Part shown: positions 1 through 11,200 of the stretch, piece by piece | How the letters are laid out: every line of letters starts with the position of its first letter | Numbering within the stretch: position 1 is the first letter of the stretch | From: Basidiobolus meristosporus CBS 931.73 | Taxonomy: Eukaryota; Fungi; Basidiobolomycota | DNA: 46,591 bases | Assembly: GCA_002104905.1 (NCBI GenBank) | Contig: MCFE01000681.1 | Span: 1 to 46,591, forward strand | Direction: 5' to 3' | The notes under the pieces: generated by a model | Seen by the model: only the letters and a program-made list of their open reading frames with translations | Databases searched by the model: none | Told to the model about the DNA's origin: nothing | Made by a program: the position numbers and the translations under genes

Positions 1-1495
1 GTCTGTTTGCTAGCTCATTCAACTCAGCATATGTCAGTGATAGGCCGTCAAACACCAAAGCGGTGGCCTGCGGAGTGCGCTCGACCTGTTGCTCAAAGAG
101 ATGATGGATGCACAACTCCGATGGATAGTCCTGTTGAGTGTCATTCCACTTTCCGAGCACAAGCTCTCGCTCAGCGGGAGACAGTAGGTCTACCGACATT
201 GCAAGTCGATCTACGTCTACCGCCATTTCCCGAAGCATCGAACATAGGTACCCTACATGTCGCTCCACCGTCACGCGATCAAAGAGAGCTGTCGAGTACG
301 ACATGCTTCCCATGATTCCATCCTCCGACTCAAATAGCCCCAGCGTCAAGTCAAACTTTGCAACATCGTAGCCTGTATCGACATTTGTTATCTCAAGCCC
401 AGGCAGTTGAAAGTCTGTCGTCTCATTGTTCTGCAACACGAACATCACTTGGAACAGTGGGGAGTGGCTGAGGCTTCGTGGCGGCTGCACAATGTCAACA
501 ACCTGCTCGAACGGCAAATCCTGGTGATTCTGAGCATCAAGAGACGTCTTCCGCACTCTTTCAAGAAGCTGGCGCATTGTTGCGTTTCCTGACAGGTCAA
601 TTCGTAGTGCAAGTGTGTTGACAAAGAATCCAATCAGTGACTCGATCTCTCGGTGATTGCGGTTGGCCGAGGGTGATCCAATGATAATGTCATCCTGTCC
701 TGACATCCGCGACAGAACACAACTCCAAGCAGTGAGGATGGCCATGTACAATGTCACTCCAACCTTTTGACACAACTGTTTGAGTTCTCGTGTGAGATGT
801 AAATCCAGATGGATGGATACACTATCCCCTGCAAATGACTGCTGAGGCGGTCGTGGTCGGTCGGTCGGTAGGCTGAGGAGGACAGGAGCATTCGCCATGA
901 CTGTCTTCCAGTATGTTGTGTGAGTCTCAAGCCGATCTCCACTCAGCCACTGCTTCTGCCACGCAGCGTAGTCAGGATACTGGATAGTCAGAGGAGGTAG
1001 CGGATTGGGCTTGCCATTGCAGTATGCGCTGTACAGTGTACTCAACTCGCGATTGAAGATTGACGATGACCAGCCATCGGATATGATATGGTGTTGGGTG
1101 ACCATGAAGACATGCTCATTTTTGTCAAGCTGGACCATGAGAGCTCGAATTAAAGGTCCGTTCGCCAAGTCAAATGGATTAGATGCCTCCTTCGTTGTTA
1201 ATTGCTCTAGCCGTGATTCGGCTTCTGGCGAGTCTTGAAGATCCTCCCAGTGGATCGGCAAGCCTGAATGTGCACGCAATAGTCTCACATGAGACTGGCC
1301 ATCAATTGCAACAAACACTGAACGTAGAGCTTCGTGTCGAGCGAAAATTGTGTCTAACGCACGTAGCCAGGCATCCCGATTCAGACCCCCACGGAGACGA
1401 ATGGCGCACGGCATGTTGTATATCTCGCTTGTGCCTTCGATCTGAGCAAGAAACCACATGCGCTGTTGGGCGAAGGAAAGTGGTAGATCTCCATC
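1..1495 (-). other. NRPS module 5 (partial): LCL-type C and start of A5
   Basis: Nucleotide sequence nearly identical to 3287-4780; ends in ...LTYAELNELANR at the window edge. Confidence 0.88.
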
Positions 1496-2224
1496 GCGAG
1501 AAACTGGGCGAATAGTAGTGTGGGTTGCCATTTCTTTGTCCATGTGTCGTCTCACGGATTCGGCGAATGATGAGAGGGTTGGTGAGGTGAAAATAGATGA
1601 CAATGGTGGCGGGGCACCGAAAGAGGCTATGCGATTCATCAAGCGCACAGCCAGGAGTGAATGGCCTCCCAGTGCAAAAAAGTCATCATGTCGACTCACA
1701 TGATCGATGTTGAGTACCTCGGCCCAGATTTTGGCAACTGCTACCTCGATCTCGCCTTGTGGCTGCTCATAGGCCTCACGAGCGTAGGCGTCAGTATCCG
1801 GTGCAGGAAGAGCCTTACGGTCGAGCTTTCCATTGGAGTTCAGTGGCAGTGAATCCAATCGGACAATGGCGGCTGGAACCATGTATTCTGGTAAACATGA
1901 CGTGAGGTGTGAACGTAGAGTGTTCATCAGATTATCATCTGCCTTGGAAACCACATATCCGACTAGCCTCTTGTCAGACCCTTCACCTACTGTGACGACA
2001 ACAGCTTTATCTACAAGTGGATGGTCAACAAGTCGTGCTTCAATCTCACCAAGCTCAATTCGGAATCCTCGGATCTTGACTTGATGATCATTGCGACCAA
2101 GGATGATGATGTTTCCATCTGGAAGATACCGTGCCAGATCACCTGTCTTGTACATTCTTGCATTTTTATCTTCCGAGAATGGATCTGGAATGAACGACTT
2201 GGCCGTCAACTCTGGTCGATTGAG
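1..2224. repeat. Intragenic direct repeat R1, copy a (partner 3287-5510, offset 3286)
   Basis: Line-by-line identity with only scattered substitutions; mirrored antisense ORFs in the track (7/3293, 138/3424, 2021/5307). Confidence 0.95.
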
Positions 2225-5200
2225 GTAGCCTCTTGCAATTCCAATCCCTCCAAGGTAAAGCTCTCCTGCTGCTCCCATTGGTACTGGTTGCTGATAAGCA
2301 TCAAGAAGATATATTGTTCTGTTGGGAATAGGTCGACCAATCGGGATGTTTTCACCTTGGTAATTCTTTGGACACTTCCAAATCGTTGTGGCGACTGTGG
2401 CCTCTGTTGGTCCGTATTCGTTGATTATCTTTCCATTGGGTACCAATTTATGCACTTGAGCAGTCAGAGCTGCTGGCAGAGTCTCACCCATGATTACAAA
2501 TGTCAGTGGGGTCTTCAACGATGGCAAGCACATGCTGTCGTGGAGGAGAGTCGGAGTGATGCTGGTGTGGCTGATTGAATGCCGCTCAAAGTATTCCCAC
2601 AACTTGGGTCGATCTAGTCGGATCTCGTCCTTAACTAAGTGGAGGCATGCTCCTCCTGTCAGAGCTGAGAAGATTTCCGAAACACTATGATCGAAGCTCA
2701 ATGACGTGAATAGCAAGGCGTGACTAGTAATCGAAATGCCAAATGACTCGGGTCTTCCATGGATCAAGTTGACGACCCCTTTGTGCTCAATCATCACTCC
2801 CTTGGGCTTGCCTGTCGATCCCGAGGTATAGATAATATAAGCCAAATGTGATGAAGTCAACCCAGACACATTAGGATTTCGCACAAACTGGCTTGATGCA
2901 ATGCTTTCCAATAAATTCCTACGAACAATATCAAGAAATTAGGCAAGCCGGATTCGTATGAGTATCAACATAACTATCTGATCAAATTAGTTACCTCGGT
3001 AGTCTGTGAACTGGATCCTCAGGTCTATTAGGGTCCACTACTGTCATAAAAGCTATTGCTTCACCAAGAACCGTTTGTCCAATCAGATCTGCAATTATGA
3101 TACGCGGTGAAGCATCAACCAGAATGTCTTCGAGACGTCTGCTGGCATAAGAAGGATCGAGTGGGATGTAGGCTCCGCCTGCCTTGAGGATAGCAAGTAC
3201 TCCTGCGACCATGGCAACTGAGCGTTCGACGCAGATAGCCACAACACTCTCAGGCTGAACACCCAATGTGATGAGCTGGTGAGCCAGTCTGTTTGCTAGC
3301 TCATTCAACTCAGCATATGTCAGTGATAGGCCGTCAAACACCAAAGCGGTGGCCTGCGGAGTGCGCTCGACCTGTTGCTCAAAGAGATGATGGATGCACA
3401 ACTCCGATGGATAGTCCTGTTGAGTGTCATTCCACTTTCCGAGCACAAGCTCTCGCTCAGCGGGAGACAGCAGGTCTACCGACATTGCAAGTCGATCTAC
3501 GTCTACCGCCATTTCCCGAAGCATCGAACATAGGTACCCTACATGTCGCTCCACCGTCACGCGATCAAAGAGAGCTGTCGAGTACGACATGCTTCCCGTG
3601 ATTCCATCCTCCGACTCAAATAGCCCCAGCGTCAAGTCAAACTTTGCAACATCGTAGCCTGTATCGACATTTGTTATCTCAAGCCCAGGCAGTTGCAAGT
3701 CTGTCGTCTCATTGTTCTGCAACACGAACATCACTTGGAACAGTGGGGAGTGGCTGAGGCTTCGTGGCGGCTGCACAATGTCAACAACCTGCTCGAACGG
3801 CAAATCCTGGTGATTCTGAGCATCAAGAGACGTCTTCCGCACTCTTTCAAGAAGCTGGCGCATTGTTGCGCTTCCTGACAGGTCAATTCGTAGTGCAAGT
3901 GTGTTGACAAAGAATCCAATCAGTGACTCGATCTCTCGGTGATTGCGGTTGGCCGAGGGTGATCCAATGATAATGTCATCCTGTCCTGACATCCGCGACA
4001 GAACACAACTCCAAGCAGTGAGGATGGCCATGTACAATGTCACTCCAACCTTTTGACACAACTGTTTGAGTTCTCGTGTGAGATGTAAATCCAGATGGAT
4101 GGATACACTATCCCCTGCAAATGACTGCTGAGGCGGTCGTGGTCGGTCGGTCGGTAGGCTGAGGAGGACAGGAGCATTCGCCATGACTGTCTTCCAGTAT
4201 GTTGTGTGAGTCTCAAGCCGATCTCCACTCAGCCACTGCTTCTGCCACGCAGCGTAGTCAGGATACTGGATAGTCAGAGGAGGTAGCGGATTGGGCTTGC
4301 CATTGCAGTATGCGCTGTACAGTGTACTCAACTCGCGATTGAAGATTGACGATGACCAGCCATCGGATATGATATGGTGTTGGGTGACCATGAAGACATG
4401 CTCATTTTTGTCAAGCTGGACCATGAGAGCTCGAATTAAAGGTCCGTTCGCCAAGTCAAATGGATTAGATGCCTCCTTCGTTGTTAATTGCTCTAGCCGT
4501 GATTCGGCTTCTGGCGAGTCTTGAAGATCCTCCCAGTGGATCGGCAAGCCTGAATGTGCACGCAATAGTCTCACATGAGACTGGCCATCAACTGCAACAA
4601 ACACTGAACGTAGAGCTTCGTGTCGAGCGAAAATTGTGTCTAACGCACGTAGCCAGGCATCCCGATTCAGACCCCCACGGAGACGAATGGCGCACGGCAT
4701 GTTGTATATCTCGCTTGTGCCTTCGATCTGAGCAAGAAACCACATGCGCTGTTGGGCGAAGGAAAGTGGTAAATCTCCATCGCGAGAAACTGGGCGAATA
4801 GTAGTGTGGGTTGCCATTTCTTTGTCCATGTGTCGTCTCACGGATTCGGCGAATGATGAGAGGGTTGGTGAGGTGAAAATAGATGACAATGGTGGCGGGG
4901 CACCGAAAGAGGCTATGCGATTCATCAAGCGCACAGCCAGGAGTGAATGGCCTCCCAGTGCAAAAAAGTCATCATGTCGACTCACATGATCGATGTTGAG
5001 TACCTCGGCCCAGATTTTGGCAACTGCTACCTCGATCTCGCCTTGTGGCTGCTCATAGGCCTCACGAGCGTAGGCGTCAATATCCGGTGCAGGAAGAGCC
5101 TTACGGTCGAGCTTTCCATTGGAGTTCAGTGGCAGTGAATCCAATCGGACAATGGCGGCTGGAACCATGTATTCTGGTAAACATGACGTGAGGTGTGAAC

Positions 5201-8200
5201 GTAGAGTGTTCATCAGATTATCATCTGCCTTGGAAACCACATATCCGACTAGCCTCTTGTCAGACCCTTCACCTACTGTGACGACAACAGCTTTATCTAC
5301 AAGTGGATGGTCAACAAGTCGTGCTTCAATCTCACCAAGCTCAATTCGGAATCCTCGGATCTTGACTTGATGATCATTGCGACCAAGGATGATGATGTTT
5401 CCATCTGGAAGATACCGTGCCAGATCACCTGTCTTGTACATTCTTGCATTTTTATCTTCCGAGAATGGATCTGGAATGAACGACTTGGCCGTCAACTCTG
5501 GTCGATTGAGATATCCTCTTGCAATTCCAACCCCTCCAATATATATCTCGCCTATTGTTCCCAGAGGAACAGGAATCCTATGCAAGTCCAATATATATAT
5601 CCTTACATTGGCGATCGGGCGGCCAATTGGTACAAGGTCACCTTTGAAACTGGACTTACATTTCCATCGAGTCGCTGTAATGGTAGCTTCTGTTGGTCCG
5701 TATTCGTTGATAATCGCGGAACCCATAGGGAGCAACTGATGGAGTGCATGAAGCAAACCTGGTGGGAGAATTTCACCAACGAACGTCAGGCGCAATGGCG
5801 TTCTGAGTGGCGAAAGATTTTTGATGTCCTGAAGTACTGTTGGCGTCATTGCTGTGTGAGTGATGGAATTCTCCTGTATATAGTTCCACAGACCAGGCAT
5901 ATCTCGCCTGGCATCTTCCTGCAGTATATGGAGACTAGCACCAGAGCACAGTGTTGTGAAAATATCCAACACACTCACATCGAAACTCAGAGGTGTGAAC
6001 TGTAGGAATCGACTGGTTGTGCTGAGGCTATGTTCCTGCACACGGGACACGACGCCTTGATGCTCAATCATTACTCCTTTTGGCATTCCTGTCGAACCAG
6101 AGGTATAGATGATGTACGCAAGGTCTCGTGATGTAAGGCTAGGTACCCTTGGGTTCGAGCTGAAGAGCGATGGTATATCATTTGGATCTATTATCAAAGG
6201 ACAAGCAATTTCTATACAAAGGAATATTAAAAGTGAGTACAGATGTTCGTAGAAAAAAACATTAGTGATTACAATCCGTACCACGCAAATTACCACTCTT
6301 GTACGAGCACAGAACACCTATCTTTTGGAGCATGGAACGTCCGATGGTGTCAATTATAATGACCGTAGGTAGTGAGTCTTCCAAAATGCTCTCTAAACGG
6401 ATCTTTGGATTAGTCGGGTCGAGTGGGATGTATGTACCTCCTGCCTTCAGAATGGCTAGTATTCCCACAATTACAGCAAGAGAGCGATTCGTGCAAATCG
6501 CCACACGAATTTCAGGTTTAACACCCAGTCCAATAAGATGGTGTGCCAGTTTGTTTGCCCGCTCATTCAACTCTGCATATGTCAGTGATTGACCATTGAA
6601 CACCAAAGCCGATGCCAGAGGAGTGCGCTCAGCTTGTTGTTCAAAAATATGGTGAATACACAAGTGAGCAGGATAATCCAATTGAGTCATATTCCATGTG
6701 CGGAGCAGTAGCTCCTGTTCATGCTGTGGTAGAATGTTTAATCTCCCAGCAGTCATGTATGGCGTATCCTCAAGAGCAGAAGCCAAGCTCTCAAGTGCCT
6801 GTTGCATGTATCCGCAAACTCGTGACGGACTAAACGGCTGCACTACTTCGGCTGTAAGACTGAGTGATTGGCCATAATCATCCACTGATAGAGTGAAAGG
6901 GTAGTTTGTGCGCTCTTGACCTTCCAGGTATTCAATGCCTGTATCAACCAAAATGGCATTAGATGATGCAGTGTTGTGTCTGTAGTTCAGCATCGCACTA
7001 AACAGTGGAGTGCCTTGTGGAACACTGCTGCACCGCTGGGCGAGGACCAACGAGGCGTGTTCATGCTCGAGTAACGATGCAAGCCTTTCATGTGTCTGCA
7101 GTACAGCTTCGTAGACACTTCCAGCTAGGTCAACGCGTAGTGGCAGAGTATTGATGAACAAACCCATTGCACTGTCCGACCCTTGTCCAGAGTCCATTCT
7201 TCCGAATAGAACTGTGCCAAATACAACACGGTCCTCTCCACTTGTGCGCGATATCACCTGTCCCCACGCCACATGGCATAGAGTTGCAACACTCACTCCA
7301 AGTTGTTTGGCCTGTTGTCGCAGCCGGTCATTTAGGCCTTGTGGTAATGGCTGGCGCGATGTGATGGCATTGTCCCCGTGGCGGTGTACGTCCTTCAGTC
7401 CGAATGGCAGTGAAGGCCTATCGATGTCCATCAGCATGCTCTTAAAGAACTTCTCGTGGTAATCCTGGCGGCGATTCAGCATTGCATGCGCGATAAGGTT
7501 GCGGAAAGGCTGAGGTGCGGGCAATGTGTGGCCCAGGCCATCCATAAATGCCTTGGTCTCCATGGAAACAACCTCAAGAGTAGAATGATCACCAATCAAG
7601 TGGTGCATCAGTTCTGCGAGTATCCACCTACCGTCAGAGTCTTGAGCAACAGTGAACCTTAATAATGGTGCCAGGGTGAGATCGATGCGATGCTTTCGAG
7701 GATCAAGTATACGCTTCAGCTGATCCAAAGTAGGCCCATTCGATGGATCCAAATTAAGCTCCGTGACTGAAATTGAAGCTTGTCGCCAAACAACCTGTGC
7801 TGGCGTGGAGATATTTTCATGCACTATCGATGTACGCAAGATATCGTGCCTGTTCACCACCATTTGCACAGCTTTGATATAACTGTCCAGTAGCGGACGA
7901 GTCTCAAACGCCATTATGGAGATGAGTAGATAAGGGTCGCCTTCAGTTGCCAGAAGGTGGTGAAAAAGGATGCCTTCTTGTAGGGGAGACAAGGCATAGA
8001 TATCTTGGATGTTAGACACTCCACCAGGAACACGATGAACAACATGATCAATATCTGTCTGTGAGAGTGAGATGAGCGGCAGCACTTCCGGTGTAATTGT
8101 AGAAGTGTCTGGTGTGATGAGGTTGGTCGGCACATCAAACGAAGTGTGAGAATCCAGCGATCGTGCCAATGCACTGAGGGTAGGAGTGCTGAACAAATCG

Positions 8201-11200
8201 CGAATGGTGAGAGTCAGACCAACGCATCGCAAGCGCTCAATTAGCTGAACCGCAAGCAGGGAGTGGCCGCCCAGCGAAAAGAAATTGTCATGCCGGCTTA
8301 CTACATCAAGATGCAAGAGCTCGGACCATATCCTCGCCATAGTAGTTTCGACCTCACCATGCGGTTCCTCGTGGAAATGGTGGGCAAATGCTTCATTATC
8401 AGGTGCAGGGAGTACCTTACGATCGAGTTTGCCATTCGAGTTGAGTGGAAGAGAATCGAGTCGGACAAATGCGGCTGGAACCATGTAATCCGGTAGACAC
8501 GATCTGAGGTACGAACGCAGAGTGTGGACGAGCTGATCATCGTGCTTAGCAACAACATAGGCCACAAGTTTCCTGGCGCTTTCTTCGCCCATCGCAATCA
8601 CAGCCGCCGAGTGGACTAGCATATGCTCAGTGAGTCGGGCCTCAATCTCACCTAGCTCAATCCGGAATCCTCGAATCTTCACTTGATGGTCGTTGCGACC
8701 TAGGAAAACGACGTTGCCATCGGCGAGGTACCTCGCTTGATCGCCTGTCTTGTACATTCTCGCGTCTTGCTCACCTGAAAATGGATCCCGGAGGAACACC
8801 TGGGCAGTCAGATCGGGCCGATTCAGGTATCCCCTTGCCACTCCTGCTCCGCCGATGTACAACTCTCCAGCCGCTCCTAGGGGAACTAGTTGTCGATGCT
8901 CGTCGAGGATGTAAATACACTTGTTGGCTATGGGGCGACCAATTGGTACTACGTCTCCGCTGAAGCCCTCTGGACATCTCCATGTCAGTGAGCTCACTGT
9001 CGCTTCCGTTGGCCCATAGTCATTCACGATGCGGCCGTTCGGGATCAACGGTTGCAGGCTATGAATCAGTGATGCTGGGAATGATTCTCCCCCCAATATC
9101 AGCGTCAGAGAAGTGGAGAGCTGCGGCAGGTGCTTGGCTCCTTGGAAGATCGCGGGGGGCAAGAGTGCCTGCGTGATCGCGTTCTGCTCAAGATAGTCCC
9201 ACAGATGTCGCTGATTGTACCGGATAGCATCAGGAAGGATATGCAGACTGGCACCGGAACACAAAGTCGAGAATGTATCCATGACACACCCGTCGAAGGC
9301 GAATGAAAAGAACTGCAGTACGCGGCTTGACGTTTGGATCCCGTAGACTTCGTGTCGTGTCACGACAAGGTTGGACAATCCTCTATGCTCTACCATCACT
9401 CCCTTGGGCTTCCCGGTAGATCCGGAAGTGTAGATGATGTAGGCCAAATTGGATGAGGTCAACCCTGTCACCTGCGGGTTGGCGAGTGAATTGTCCGATT
9501 TACCACTACTGAATTGTGGTTGATATGAGCTAGCTGTTAGCTTCAATGTAAGATGATAAGATAGCTTTGTAAATCATGTTTACCTGTTTGAGCGAGGTTC
9601 TGCCGCCAACTTGTTTGGATCCACCACTGTCATGGAGGAGAGGATCCCCTCTCCTAGCGCTTGTTGTCCCAGGGTATCTGCAATCACGATGTGTGGACTA
9701 GAGTCCAGCAAGATGTCCCTTAGTCGATCACTTGCGTATGATGGATCGAGTGGGATATAGGCTCCGCCTGCCTTGAGGATAGCAAGTACTCCTGCGACCA
9801 TGGCAACTGAGCGTTCGACGCAGATAGCCACAACACTCTCAGGCTGAACACCCAATGTGATGAGCTGGTGAGCCAGTCTGTTTGCTAGCTCATTCAACTC
9901 AGCATATGTCAGTGATTGGCCGTCAAACACCTAAAGCGGTGGCCTGCGGAGTGCGCTCGACCTGTTGCTCAAAGAGATGATGGATGCACAACTCCGATGG
10001 ATAGTCCTGTTGAGTGTCATTCCACTTTCCGAGCACAAGCTCTCGCTCAGCGGGAGACAGTAGGTCTACCGACATTGCAAGTCGATCTACGTCTACCGCC
10101 ATTTCCCGAAGCATCGAACATAGGTACCCTACATGTCGCTCCACCGTCACGCGATCACAGAGAGCTGTCGAGTACGACATGCTTCCCGTGATTCCATCCT
10201 CCGACTCAAATAGCCCCAGCGTCAAGTCAAACTTTGCAACATCGTAGCCTGTATCGACATTTGTTATCTCAAGCCCAGGCAGTTGCAAGTCTGTCGTCTC
10301 ATTGTTCTGCAACACGAACATCACTTGGAACAGTGGGGAGTGGCTGAGGCTTCGTGGCGGCTGCACAATGTCAACAACCTGCTCGAACGGCAAATCCTGG
10401 TGATTCTGAGCATCAAGAGACGTCTTCCGCACTCTTTCAAGAAGCTGGCGCATTGTTGCGCTTCCTGACAGGTCAATTCGTAGTGCAAGTGTGTTGACAA
10501 AGAATCCAATCAGTGACTCGATCTCTCGGTGATTGCGGTTGGCCGAGGGTGATCCAATGATAATGTCATCCTGTCCTGACATCCGCGACAGAACACAACT
10601 CCAAGCAGTGAGTATGGCCATGTACAATGTCACTCCAACCTTTTGACACAGCTGTTTGAGTTCTCGTGTGAGATGTAAATCCAGATGGATGGATACACTA
10701 TCCCCTGCAAATGACTGCTGAGGCGGTCGTGGTCGGTCGGTCGGTAGGCTGAGGAGGACAGGAGCATTTGCCATGACTGCCTTCCAGTATGTTGTGTGAG
10801 TCTCAAGCCGATCTCCACTCAGCCACTGCTTCTGCCACGCAGCGTAGTCAGGATACTGGATAGTCAGAGGAGGTAGCGGATTGGGCTTGCCATTGCAGTA
10901 TGCGCTGTACAGTGTACTCAACTCGCGATTGAAGATTGACGATGACCAGCCATCGGATATGATATGGTGTTGGGTGACCATGAAGACATGCTCATTTTTG
11001 TCAAGCTGGACCATAAGAACGCGAATTAAGGGTCCGCGTGCTAAATCGAACGGGTTCATAGACATATTGCTACACATTTGCTTTAGCTGTGATACCCTGT
11101 CTGGAGTGCTGCTAAGATCCTTCCAGTTAATTGGCATATTTGAATCAGCTTGCAAGAGTCGCACTTGAGGTTGTCCGTTTACTGTTACAAACTCGGATCG

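Noticed and set aside
855-872. GGTC tandem repeat, also at ~4141 and ~10731
   Set aside because: It encodes the conserved LPTDRPRP motif of C domains.
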